Shown one piece after another: positions 26,661 through 40,364 of a stretch of DNA of 64,000 nucleotides. The notes under the pieces are model-generated. The model did not search any database and had not been told where the DNA came from. It worked only from the letters and a program-made list of their open reading frames with translations. Within the stretch, counting starts at the first letter, position 1; each line of letters begins with the position of its first letter. The DNA comes from Octopus vulgaris. Its lineage: Eukaryota. The DNA lies in contig OX597815.1 of assembly GCA_951406725.2 (NCBI GenBank), positions 89,776,001 to 89,840,000 on the forward strand. Direction: 5' to 3'. The position numbers were made by a program, and so were the translations under genes.

Positions 26661-27779
26661 TTTCAACGGACAGTATTTGAATCTCATGTTTCTTTTTAGA
26701 GAATTTCGATTTCTTACATAATTTCCTACTGAATCCAACTCTAAATTCTTACAATATATTTTGCTACGAATGTTTCTAAAATCTCCTTAGATGTGAAAAG
26801 TAAAGCCGTCACTCATTAGCGTCGACAACGCTTCCACTAAATGTTTTATATTCCTGTGTTGACTTGAACAAATATAAAGACCTTAAAAAATATCCTAACA
26901 GAACATCTAGAGTGTAACATCTGAAGCAACACCATGAGTCGAGCGGTATTTATTTCTGAGTAGGCTGGAACGACTAAAATTATGTATCTTTTTCAAGGAT
27001 ACAACTTACACCCTGTCCCACAAATCGAAGGCATGATGTTATGATCTTGTGCTCATCACACTGACAACAAGGCTACGCGCCCGACATTTAAATTGTGGTA
27101 AAAGTGTATTCTGACTATTTTAAATAATTTTCAAATCATTGAAAGATATTATAAATTTACAGCCATATAAACCCAATTCTGTAAAAGGAATTCAATTAAA
27201 TAATGGAAAAGTTCGTATAAATATAGTTAAGAGTATATGTGTTTGCATTTCTTCATTCACGATGAAAATTTTGCAAATGTGATGTCATTTAATGTGTCAC
27301 GTTGAATCATATACCATCAAGTATGCGTTAGATCATTTCCATAAATTATACTTTTACAGTAATTAGTTTAATTTTTATGAGTTTAAATATATGGAGGAGA
27401 CTTTCAGTGTACTGGTGAGTAAATTAAATTATTTGGATGCTAATAAAGACTTTACAGCAAAGTCAACAGAAAATAACAGATATGCTAAATAGTTTTCCTC
27501 ATAATTTGCTATAAGAATAATTCCCACGCGTTATTTTCCTGTGCCTTCAGCTGGATGACTTACAGAAGAAATGATTTACTATCACATCATAAACAGGTGG
27601 AGCTTGGAAACATTACACCTGCGGCATTAAACTACCAGTTTGAAATTACCTTGCTTTAGTAGGCTTGTATGAATGCTGATATAGTCAAATTCAGCTAATT
27701 GGTACATGCACATGAAGGACCCTTCAAGTTGAATTCGATAAAATGTTACATGAATAATTTTTATCGAAACGAAATGAAC

Positions 27780-28760
27780 GTATAGCACTATCGGGACCAG
27801 TGCTAATTGCTAAAGCAAAGACTCTTCAGAAAGGGTTGAATATCACTACGGATATGAAATTCAGCCAGGCCTCTGTTTGAGAGTTTTAAGAGTAGACATG
27901 GCATACGGCAATTAACAATTTCAGGTGAACAACGTTCAGCTGATACGTTCTCAGCATCAACTTATTGTGAAAAATTCAGAAATATAATTGAGGACTATGC
28001 TTTAACACCGGATATTTACAATGCTGATGAAACTGATATAAATTGGAAGTGCTTACCCACAAAACCTTTAGGTGGATCAGAGGAGCAGAAAATAAAAGGA
28101 TTCCAATTATAATGGGAGACTTTCAGTGATAGTATGTGCTAATGCTTCTGGAAATCACAAACTCGAGTTTCTTGTCATTGGTAAATGCCCCCCAGCATTG
28201 AAAGGAGTTTCACTTTTACTAGTATCATATTCTTCAAAGAACGGATGGATAAATCTGCACTTGCTCACAGAATGGTTCATACAAGAATTTTTGCCAGCTG
28301 TGCAAAAGCACTCTCACGAATTACGTAAATTTGATTCAAAGTGACTGCTGCTATTAGACAATTGTGGAGCACATCCTCACGAGACAAAATTAGTGGTATC
28401 GTGTGGGAATGTTTTGCGTGCTATTTACCGCCGAATGTGATATATCTATTGCAACCTATGGACCAAGGGATTATTTGGAACTTAAAATGTTTCTACAGAA
28501 ATGATTTCATGATGAATATGATGAATAATAATGTTAGTATAAGCGATTTCCGGCATAATTTTACCATTAAAGATGCCATTTTCCCCTCGCAAGTGTATGA
28601 AATCAGGTTCGAGCAGGCACATTAACAAAAGCGTGCTACTGAAGTCAGAGAACCAGAGAATGAATCTGGAGTTTAAAATATTTTTGAAACCACCCGATTT
28701 CCAACCAAACAAATGTGGGTGTGAAAAAAATCACTGAACAATGTCCTGAAGAAAATGAGA
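27780..28760 (+). mobile_element. pogo/Tigger (DDE_1) transposase remnant
   Basis: FKSRHGIRQLTISGE, IYNADET, CANASGNHKL, LLLDNCGAH, LPPNVIYLLQPMDQGII. Confidence 0.9.
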
Positions 28761-29194
28761 GAGTCTAATGTAAATGGCCAAGCACACACTAATGACGAAA
28801 TATCCTACGATTATGCAGAAACGTCTATGTTAGAGACAACTGTATTTTGCAAGCAATGCCACTTCGATAGGATATGATTATACTACACCACCAGAAAATT
28901 GTGGAGTTTCGTGATCGCTTGAGAAATGCAATGGCAGCCCTCGTGAGTTCAATAAATGAAGACAGAAACGAAAGTGAAGAAGCTCATTCAATGAATGAAT
29001 AAATATATTCTACATAGGTGATTGGTTGTTAAATGCAAATAATTTATGTAATAAATACCTAACAACTAACATAATTTAATATTACTTTATTTCCAAATGT
29101 TTTTGTTTTCTAGCAATGATATTTAACGATTCTTTAAAATATGTAATGCTCTCACCTTAATATATACATTAAATACTAATAAAGAAGTTGATAA

Positions 29195-30478
29195 CGTTCC
29201 GTCCAGAAAGAAGCTGCTTCACACAACTCCTACGATACTATAACCATTTAGATCACAGCGTGATATACCTTAACTTTGCGAAGGCATTTGATAAGGTAGA
29301 TTACAGCATGATATGCTATAAGCTAGGAGACCTTAGCATTGTTGGTAAACTGGGAGAGTGGCTGTTTGACTTCCTTAAAGATAGACATCAGGTACTTGCA
29401 ACCAATAGTACCCTTTCTAAGGAAATTCAAGTCCCAAGTGGTATCCTCAAGGGAATTGTTCTAGGATCATTATTCTTTATAATAGTCGTCTTAGACATGC
29501 CCACGGTCACTCAGCCAATGTCACTAGCTATGCCAATGATGCAAAATTATCACAGGCAATAAAAATCCAAGATGATGTCGTAAGCTAACAGCGCAACATG
29601 AATTTAATATGCAAGTGGGCTGAAGTAAGCAACATGCTGTTTAATGCGGGAAATTTTAAGCACTGTACTGTCAACTCACGAATGCACTACAGCCTGCATA
29701 TATAGGATCCGAAGACACTGCAATCCCAGAGTCACAGGCAGTGAAAGACTTGGGTATCAGTATATGCAATGATGCATCATTTTATAAGCACATGGCCAAG
29801 ATGCCAGCAAAGTGTAGACAACTGGCAGGATGGATACTGAGATACTTCAAGACAAAAGACCAAGAAACTACATTGACCTTGTGGCGAAGATTTGTTCACA
29901 ACCGCCTGGAATACTACTCCCAGTTATGGTCATCACATGGTACCAAACCAACAACGGAGCTTGAAGCAGTCCAACGCCACTATACTAAAGAGATTGAAAA
30001 AGTGCAGCGGATGAGATACATGGATGGGCTGAGAAAAGTGCAACTTCATTTCCTGGAGCGAAGGCACGAGAAATATGCAATAATCTCCATATGGAAAACT
30101 TTAGAAGGGCTAATACCTAATATCAGCATAGGGTGATATACAAAAGCCAGAACTGGCCGCCATAGTATTGTAACAAAGGCACTAGCCACTCCATCTAAAT
30201 TTAGGACTAAGTACTGCAATAGTCTAGGGTTCAAAGACCTACAGCTCTTCAATGCTCCGCCACAAAAATTAAGAAATCTACATAAGGTGGAAGCAGATGT
30301 TTTAAAAAAGGAACTAGACAATATCGAATGAACCAGCAGCACGTGAGGTGCAGACGAGGGCAGCAGAATCAAACTCCCTTATACACCAAATGAGCCAACA
30401 GCTGGGACAGAAGAAATCAGAAGCACCACGCTGATGCTCCAGCATGATATTAGCCGCATGGCTGAAACGAGTAAAATT
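29195..30478 (+). mobile_element. CR1/L2-clade LINE 3' end (RT + 3' tail), 5' truncated
   Basis: FRPERSCFTQLL, IYLNFAKAFDKVD, SGILKGIVLGSLFF, YANDAK, KDLGI, RLEYYSQLWS, LEAVQR; tail gctccagcatg...gctgaaacgagtaaaa. Confidence 0.9.
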
Positions 30479-30479
30479 G

Positions 30480-30514
<35 letters not shown>

Positions 30515-30516
30515 TA

Positions 30517-30978
30517 ATGGTATTTTAATACTACCATCCCTATATTTATTTATAAATGATTTTATGCATTTCCTTTGTTCGTACGGGGCTTGGTCACTTC
30601 AAACGAACTTTCGCAGGCATGATGGGGGAGAATGTTAGTTATTTAGCTGGCGGACTTTGGCTGATGAGAAATCACGCGCCTCGGTGGCGCTAAATTTCGA
30701 AACCGGTACCAGGTTGGCCAGCATTTACTTGTTCTGACCCATTTGAGATAAGACGTTATCAATGTTCACTGATATTTTTTCCTATCTTGCATGTAATAGA
30801 TTTGTACCTATTCGGTGTACAGAAGTATTTTTGACTTCTATATTTGGCGATATATGTACTCACGTAGTAACCTTGTGTATATATGTACATATCTAATAAT
30901 GTATGTATATATGTTATTAATTTGCCTGTACGGCTGATAATTCGCTTACCACTTGTGATGGTATTTTAATAATGCCAT

Positions 30979-30986
<8 letters not shown>
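30517..30986 (+). mobile_element. Retrozyme-like non-coding element, ~441 bp unit with terminal direct repeats, in (TA)n
   Basis: 29 bp direct repeat at 30517-30545 and 30958-30986 (atggtattttaata..ccatccctatat); internal hammerhead. Confidence 0.75.
30645..30724 (+). ncRNA. Minimal type I hammerhead ribozyme with intact core
   Basis: tgg-CTGATGA(30661)-gaaat...atttc-GAAA(30699)-CCGG-TA-cca; palindromic ACCGGT stem III; helix I extendable (gctggc/gccagc). Confidence 0.88.
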
Positions 30987-31026
<40 letters not shown>

Positions 31027-31749
31027 ATGTGTGTGTGTGTGTAAGCATGTATATATACAGTGAATCAAATATCCCTTTAGCATCGATATACTCACATAAG
31101 GTGTGTGAGAGGGTCGTCTTCCAAGCACCGAAGTCATTTCCCAACCATAGAGGTTAATTGAGCTTCTTAAATTTTGCCTTGTCATTTCCTCTCTTCCCCT
31201 CCATTAGACAACTCCTGTCTCCTCTTTAGCTCTTACCAACCTATGCAGATTATTATTTGCCTCTCCTAACTGCGAATACCTCACTGACTGTTATGGCTCA
31301 GAGACTCTTGGATTCTGTTTTTGCTGCACAACCATTCATAATGCCAGCCGTGCGAACCAACTCGGGTCTTTTGAAGTATGTTTATCTGTAAATTTGACAG
31401 AATTAACAATACATAATGTGATTTTAGGGCAATAAATATGTTCTCGTATTTTTATAATGACGATTCTCGAGAATAAATCAAATAGCATATATGTCAATAG
31501 ATACTCGCGAACATTCGCAACAAAGTAACAGGGGTAGTATTACATTTATGTGTGTATGTGTATGTGTGTGTGTGTGGTCGTCTCTCTGTGTGTGTGTGCG
31601 TGTGCATGTGTGTGTGTATGCGTGTGTGTGTGTGCGTGCGTACATATTCTTATAAATGAAATTGTAATAACAAACATTAATATATGTAAATTTTAACGCT
31701 AAAGGTACTTCTGAGGCAATCTCTTTAAATACACATGCATACACTCTCA

Positions 31750-31791
31750 AAGACACACACACACACATACATACATACATACATACATACA

Positions 31792-31825
<34 letters not shown>

Positions 31826-31838
31826 CATACATACTTAC

Positions 31839-31872
<34 letters not shown>

Positions 31873-31973
31873 GTATAAGGGTATATATATATATATGCAT
31901 GTATTTACGTATATGTATATAATATATAAATATATGTATGTATATATACATGCATACATACATACATATATAC

Positions 31974-32039
<66 letters not shown>

Positions 32040-32050
32040 ATGTATATATT
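31750..32050. repeat. Compound (CA)/(TACA)n/(TA)n microsatellite
   Basis: Direct inspection. Confidence 0.95.
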
Positions 32051-32839
32051 ATAATACAATACTCGTGATACTATATTTCAAGTAAATTATAATAATAATT
32101 AGAGAAGAACATTTCTGCTACAGACTTTTTTATAAAATTTTCTTGGCAAAATACGATCTTCAAAACGAAATTATGTCTCTGTCAATGTTTGCAAAATTTC
32201 TTTGGGGCAGATTTTTGCTTAAATAAAGTAATTATTCTTCTTCCTTTGCTTAATTAGTTTGCTTATTTCCCGCTAAGTCACTAATTGATACCTCCAGGCT
32301 GTTCTTGGTTATAAAGATTTCTTTCGTATTTTCTTTTTTTATATTCTTTAATAATTCTCATTTATTTCGAAATTCCAAATGAATTGTAAATCAATCATCT
32401 GCTGTATATAAAGTAAAAAAATTAAGATAATTATCCAACAAAATTGAGGTTAAATAACCGTGAGGATAGGTTAGCAAAATATTAAGTAGAAATTCCAAAC
32501 AAAGAAAAAAAATTTTAAAGCCGAGTAATACAAAATACGAAAAACAAAGCAAAAACATTAAGCTGCTTACAATAATATTTAAATATATAGCTATTTGAAT
32601 ATCCTGCTATGTTAAATGTTATACAATATGGTCTTAACAATGCTAAGTCAATAAAATACGAAACTGTGATAGTTGCATATGCGATAATTTGCTCATTAAA
32701 CATTCATATTAGTCTTTGTTATTCTGATCTAAATTACTATAATTAGGTCTATTTTTTCGCTCTCTCTCTCTCTCTTCTCTCTTTCCCACTTTTTGTGTAT
32801 GTGTGTGCGTCATGTGTCTGTTCGAACGCATGCAGGTGT

Positions 32840-33190
32840 GAAGGTGCTTGGCACAGTGGTTCAGTGTTGCCCTCACGAACATAAGAGTGCAGCCTCAGTT
32901 GCTACGCTGAACGTCGTGTTGTGTCTTTGAGCCAAAGCATTCCTCATTGTTTCGCTCTACTCAGCTAAACTGAATTACAATCGGAATGCGGGTGCATCTC
33001 AATCCTTCAGCTGTGAGATACACGATGTCTCACAACGTCAAGTGTGAAAGGTAGATATACCGAATTGCGCTACAACTAAATGTTCGAGCTCAGAAGAAAG
33101 ATTTTCCCTCCACCTCAATACTGAATGAGGTTAGAGGTGGGCAACCAAACTTCTGGTTACTATAGCGTACAGAAAATGATCCATGTTACA
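32840..33190 (+). mobile_element. Degenerate tRNA-derived SINE
   Basis: Head gaaggtgcttggcacagtggtt, body gtgttgtgtctttgagc; resembles 2755-3145. Confidence 0.5.
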
Positions 33191-33659
33191 ATTATAAGAG
33201 ACACAGAAAGCGTAATTTGTAATTTAAGCTTTACAAAGCCTTCGCGTTGCATGAGAACAAGAGTGAAGGAGGAGGGAAAGAAAGTATAAGGACCAACAAA
33301 ATTAGAATGGTTATATCGTGTAGGAAAGACATAAATAAATGTGCTTTAACGTTACGTTGTTGGGTGAACGACGAAAGAAATAGTGAAAATCGAAATAAGA
33401 CATCGAAAGGATTAATGAAACATAGCAAGTGAACATAAAATCCTCTCGTCATCCATAGAATGTTTCATATGTCAAATTTCGATTTTCCTTGAGCATGCAA
33501 TCCAAGTGTGTAGGTAGGAACGAGCTCGGTTTGAACCCTGCATTGGGAATACTCCGATATCATCCATTTCACCCTTAACCATAAAATGTGTATGTGTATG
33601 TATGTATGTATGTGTGTATGTAGGTAGGTAGATATTTATGTATGTATGTTTGTATGTTT

Positions 33660-33972
33660 TTTTTTCTTATGGCTTAAGGCTGTACAGGCGCGGGGACATA
33701 GAAATAATTGGACTGAATACCCGATCGCGCGGTTAAACCATTGGGAGTGAAGGACTCCTAGCCTTTGTTAGAGCATCCTTCTAGGAGAAGGTAACTCAGG
33801 TAACTGGGATAACTGCGACATAATACCTGCGGGTCGGTGGTTACCGATGATGTCGACTTGTTCTTCTTTTCGGATTATGGCTGATGTTGCTTAGTGAGTG
33901 GGATTGACTCAGTGTACAGCCTTTCCTCACTTTAAAAAAATCTTCTTGCACAGGCATTGCACGATGACATTA
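33660..33972 (+). mobile_element. Interspersed repeat, probably derived from an RTE LINE 5' UTR
   Basis: catccttctaggagaaggtaactc motif; GC-richer island after a microsatellite; 11 bp inverted repeat aaggctgtaca/tgtacagcctt. Confidence 0.5.
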
Positions 33973-34428
33973 TTCATGATTGTTGATAGTGCTGTGAGTC
34001 TCAACTGAATGGCAGGCTGTAGCCTTAAACAGCAAATAAAAGTCACATTCGATCACAACACCAATAACAGTTGACCTTCGGGCAATGGTCATACTTGATA
34101 ACGAGGGGGCAGCCATCATGTTTTCATGTATACATGCACCTATGCATGAATATATATATGTATGTACGTGTGTATCTGTGTGTATATTTCTCATGGATAG
34201 ATTGATAGTAGATAGATACATAGATAAAAAGACAGATAATTAGACAGAGGTATATGTATATGTTTGATCGTCTTTTGACAAGGAACGGGTATGCCTTCTG
34301 TCTTCTCTTTTCCCTATTGCTGAGTGAGAGTTTTCAAGGTTATATAACTCAGTCATATAGTTTTCACCGAATCACGCTCAAGAGTGATGTAAATAGAAAA
34401 ATTTAGATTCAACCTTCCACTTTCAAGC

Positions 34429-34459
<31 letters not shown>

Positions 34460-35917
34460 TGTATGTATGTATGTATGTATGTATGTATGTATGTATGTAT
34501 GTATGTACATATATGTATGTATGTATGTACGTACGAATATATGTATTCCCATAAAGAACAATTTTAGATTGTTAGTTTTAAGAATACATAAAGAGGGGAA
34601 AAATCTGATATGAAATCCATCTTCAATTGAAGAATTCGGAGAGATCGAATATTCTAAACTTAATCGGAAAATTAGTCGCAGAAATATGAATATGCTTGCA
34701 GGAAGAACGACAAGTTAAGGATTAGTGATTTATATAGCATCGGAAGTGAATATTATGTCATTGAAGACACGAAATGGAGATCAATCTACATGAACTGCAT
34801 GAACATACGTTTCTCATATCGCTGATTTCTGGAAATAAAGGACTTCCATGCACAAAAAGACTCATGCAGAAAACCCCATATACACGCGCGCGCATGACTA
34901 CAGTAAAGAGTCCGGGGAATTGTTTACGAATTTGGTAAGATCGTTTAGGAAAAATGTTAAAATAGTGCATTTCCATTATGATCTTATTTGTCACAATGTT
35001 TATCGCACACTTATGTGAGTGGCGCAATATTATGTGAACACAAAGAGAAAAAAACAAAGTAAATTACTTGGTGCGTTATAATTTAAATTTCAATTTGAAA
35101 TTTAATTTCAAATATCAAAATTTAGAAGTACACACACACACACACATATACGTGTATGAGTGTGTGTGCGTATACATGTATGCATATATGTGTGTGCGTA
35201 TATACATGTGTGTAAGTACATATATATATATATTATACATTTATCTATATATTTACACACACACACATATATATAAAAGTATGTATGCATTTATGTATGT
35301 ACGTATGCACATATGTCTATTAATATTAGCTAATCTAGTAACATACCTAATGAGAAATGAGGTTTGTTGATTCAAAGCCAAAGTTACTGAGTTGGCAGAA
35401 CAGTGAGAGGTAGGGCGGACCGCAGGGTTGTTGACACGCCGGGAAGCTGAACTTCGGCGTGTACAAGCTGACGGTCGTGGAAATTTCCTTATCTTTGTCA
35501 CACCCACCTTGGCATCCCCTAGCACAGGCGCAGCCTTAAGACCGAAGATAGCATTAAGGTAAGTCCATACTATTTCTCATTTGTGTTTAGTATGAATATA
35601 CATGTAATGAGATAAGAATATATCAATGGACCAACAAGATTTATGTACGAATTTTAATTCTAATATCTAGAAAGTCAACAGTGCATTCAATCATAGAACT
35701 AAACGTACATAGTTACATATATATTCACGAACATGTGTCTTTAAGTCAATCGTCGATAAGATTTAGCTTCATATAAAAATTAATTTAGTAGTCTTACTTT
35801 GGATTTTCTTCTTATTTACTAATACCTTTTATTATACCGCACACGCGAACGCCCGCATAGACAACCACATACATACACACACGTATGCATGTATATATGT
35901 GTGCATGTATATATATG

Positions 35918-35950
<33 letters not shown>

Positions 35951-35989
35951 GCACACACATGCTTATATATATATATATGCACACACACG

Positions 35990-36027
<38 letters not shown>

Positions 36028-37549
36028 TAGATATCTGTATGTGTGCATATATATATGTTCAAACTGTGAGACCACCAACATGTCTAATTGCATATTTCGA
36101 ATACACTTCCAATACATTCGAAAGTAGATGTTGGATAAGATGAATGCATTTCGTATATATATATTCATTATTTTAGCTTTCTCTAATTAACTGTCATTTT
36201 CTGATATAATTATACAAGAAAATCTAACAACGGGAAATAACAATGTAGCATGTGCGTCTTTGAAATCCAAACGTATGTGTCTGTGTGTGTCTGTGTCTGT
36301 GTTACGTGCGTGTGTATGTATATGTAAGAATGTATATCTGTAATATAATTATATAATTATATGTGCAATGCTTCTAACTAATTAATTTGCTAATGAACTG
36401 GAAGTTTGTTTGTTAAGAATGCCTATGAAATGTCATAGAGACATTCGCATACACCCATACATTTATATATATATATATTCAAAAGTAAACAATTAGAAAT
36501 CTATATAGAAAATGCAACAAATGTGGAGATCGAAATTATATGTTTTGTTTGCCAAGAAGTGCATGAGAAATAGAATTTCATTTGTGAGGTACTGCTGATG
36601 AGGTTGGGCAATTCACTATGCACTGTGCTGACCCTCCCATGGCTGTAAAATTTTAAGCTGTCCCGAAAGACCAGCAGGCTTGTATTTTGGTAGTGTCACC
36701 AGCGTGGAATATATGGGTCCGTTTATTAATACATGCACCTGTTCAGACTAGTTTTTCTATTTACGTTTTATCCTCTCTGATTTCTTTTCACGATTCCTAG
36801 ATATGTAATGGTTATGTAACTCTTTCTTATTTCTTTACACAGTTCTTTGTGCTTTTATTGAATTCATGACCTTTTGTTCTTCAGATTTTAGGCAACAGCG
36901 GCTATAGGAGGTAACGTCAAAAAGTATGGTCTACTTCTACATATTTACGGGTAGTTGAGACGGTTTTGTAGGACATCTATCCAAAGTAACTTTTTATTGT
37001 GTTCTGTTTCTTCTGGCAGTTATCTCTCACTGAATTCACGGTGCTTATAAGCCAAGTGGGAGTTTATGAGCAGTAGAGCACCATGCAATTGGAAGATTGT
37101 TGTTCCCAAGTCTTTGTATCCAGAACTGCTGTCTGGTTACTTCTCCAAGCGTTGTTAGTGTATGAAAATGGCTGAGGAAGTTTCGTTTTGACTTCAGTTA
37201 CTGGGCCAATGAAGCATTGACGTCCGTGAAAAAGTTGGCTTTTGTTATCACGACTTGCCTGGCCACTGCACTTCTGCTATCAGTTGGGACACATTGTGAT
37301 CGAATCGACCGTGTGTTGACACGTACCTCCTTACGGCAATATAAACTTCATTGAATCAAGATACCTTCCGGCCTGAAGAGTAGCTCGCAGTATATACCTC
37401 GCTTGATATTTACTACTTCCGATCTTCCGCTCGGTATGAAACATCTGTGACCCAAATATCCTTTACTCCATTCTTTAACTCTTTTCTATACATGTGTGTG
37501 TGTATGTGTGTGTGTTTGAGTGTGTAAAGATATATATATATATATATAT

Positions 37550-38270
37550 ATATTGGAAAATGTGTGAAACCTTTGGTACGGTGAAGTATATTTAAAAAAG
37601 GAAAAGAACAACTACACTGGTAGTTCTAATGAATATGATTTTCTAATAATATAATATAATCAAGGGGGATTAAGATTGGTGTAATTTCTGGGGGATATAG
37701 TTCAGTAATTCCATATCATCTCTGATATAGGTGGACACGTTTTTACATAGGAGTTTCAGAAGGATATCTAATATGTTGCTTAGACGTTGTGTGTTTGAAG
37801 CTGGACTAGCAACAGCAAGGCATAATTTTTAAGTCTGTCGGTTTTGGTAATTCGACATATGCTGTATTTTTGACTATTATGATGTTTTGTATTTCTTTTG
37901 ATTTGTGACCTTTCAGTGATTCATAAAAATTGCTGGTTTTCCTTTCAAAGTTTGTTAAGTAATTGATTTCCTTTAGCGTGAGGTTATTTTGATACTTTTT
38001 CGTCAACTTCTGAATCATCTTAATTTTTTCTTCGCATTTGTTGATATTACTGTAAAAGACCTTGTCATTCAACTGTTCTAGGACCATTTCTTTGCAGTGG
38101 GTTTTGTCCATGATGATTGCGCTACATTTGTCAGTTTCTTTTATGATTATTGAAGTCTTTTTGAAGTTTGCATAGTGCTAGCTGTTGGTCTGTAGGGATG
38201 TTGCGTTTGTGTTCCGTCTCTCCAATATTTTACTGTGCCGATCGTCAAGAAAACCTATAAAGGTATAAAT
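37550..38270 (-). mobile_element. Penelope-like RT N-terminal fragment
   Basis: IIIKETDK..IIMDK, NFYESLKGHKS, TQRLSNILDILLK...YIRDDMELLNYIP. Confidence 0.85.
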
Positions 38271-38287
38271 CATCAGTTAATAACTTA

Positions 38288-38650
38288 GGGTACTAACAAG
38301 CAATACCGACATGCTGACATAACAGTAAAAAGTGATCAAACCACAAGTTTTTACTTAAACACGAAGGCGAAAGCAGGCAAATGAATAAAATCCCTAAGAA
38401 CCCCGTCTCAATAACGAAAATAGTAGAAAATTCAAAAGTCAGACGACGAACTAAGGGTATTTTTTAAAGTTCCATATCACGGTGATACGGGTATGTCTGA
38501 CTTTTAAATTTTCGATTATTTTCGTTATTGGTACGGAGTTCTTAGAGAATTTATTCATTTGCCCGCTTTCATCTTTGTCTTTAAGTGAAAACTTGTAGTG
38601 TGGTCACTTTGGCTGCTATCTCAGCATGCCGGTACTTCCTGTTAGTACCC
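38288..38650. repeat. Long imperfect palindrome (foldback): ~157 bp arms, ~50 bp spacer
   Basis: 38288-38444 is the reverse complement of 38495-38650 with scattered mismatches. Confidence 0.9.
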
Positions 38651-38657
38651 ATAGTAA

Positions 38658-38742
<85 letters not shown>

Positions 38743-40364
38743 AGGTTTCAAACATTTCTTCATATTCCGGAGCACGGATCTAAGAAGCCGTGTTAAGGAA
38801 TTTCTGCTGTTAAATGTATTGTATTATATGTAAATTCATAGCTACATGAGGGATCACTTTATATTCCAAATAAACGGCTACATATCAAGATTCCATGCTT
38901 AAGCCTTTGCTTTTCGAAACCGATTTCGTATTATAGTCCTAATCTGTATTATGAAACATGCTTCTCCTCTTACGTTTGCGTCTCAGTTGTTTTTTTTTTT
39001 CCAAAATGAAAGCTTATATATCCACTTCCGATTTGCATGCTTAAACTATGACAACTGATGCTACTCAAGTAATGACCACTGGGCAAGTATAACACTATTA
39101 ACATGAATAGCATTCTTTATAGAAGATGAAACCCGGAAGCTGTAGTAACTTCGACAAAATAACTACTGTAAAACAGTATGATTTATACATTGAGCAATTG
39201 CTGCAGCATGTATGAACATTTTCCAGTTGTCTTCTAGAGTAGGAGAAAAATATCTCTTTGAAATCTTCGTGCATTCAATATCGATTTATTAGACTTTTTT
39301 TCTTTCTTTTTGCTTTATCACTCTGACTTGCTATCTAGATGTTTTTGCTAGCGTCTCTAGTACTAAGTTGCTACACATGAAAGGCAAATTTCGATAAAAC
39401 GTTCTTTTTTTGCAAGTTCATATCTCACAAACATAGGAGTTTGTGTTTTCTCTTATATAATTGCCTTTGATACCTAGAGTTGTTTAGTGCATTGGCTTGA
39501 AAATAAATACAAAAAAGGAAAATGCTAATCTAAATAAAATACTAACGTTCTACGATTTGTAACTGTTGCTCTTATTACAGCATCAGCGTGCAATTTACAC
39601 ACACCGACACACTCACACACATACATACATACATACATACATACATACATACATACATACATACATACATACAATGTATGTGTATGTGTGTGTGTATAAA
39701 GATGAGAGACAGACAGGGATAGAGTAGAAAGAGAATTTTCAGTTGAAATCCAGACTAATCTTTGACTTATTTTCACACATTGCACAACAATAAAATAAAC
39801 ACCACTGCTTTCTTAACGCATACTCTCTCAGCAAATGCCTTTTCGTCTGCACTGTAAACCATTGAACTGCATATATTTATCCAGTTACGTATGATCTCCT
39901 ATTGCTGAGCAGATCAATTTATTACAATTTATCTGCAGTTAGTGGAGCGAGACAGTATTGAATTAGAATAATTTCTAGATAGTTTCGAAATGTTTCTTGA
40001 AGATAAAAGAAAATTATGCGGAGTTAATAATCAACTACCTACTGGCCTAAATTTTCAGCTACACGGCACAGATGTCGGTGAGAGACAAACCTAGTTCTCG
40101 TATTGATTAAAAAAATTAAAATAATAATACCATGTATGAGTTATAAACTGATATAAAGTAGATTTAACTATTTTGTAAATGGCAAAAATGTTACTGCTTC
40201 TTTGAATTTAAATTCGTTAGTGTCAACTTGAAGGCTACATTATTACAGTCGATGGATTTTATAAAAGAAATATACTATTTACTATTCTCTCTCTCCCTCT
40301 CCTTTTTCTATGACTACAGGCACATACGCACACTCACACAAATACAAAACGATGTAGTCTGAGT

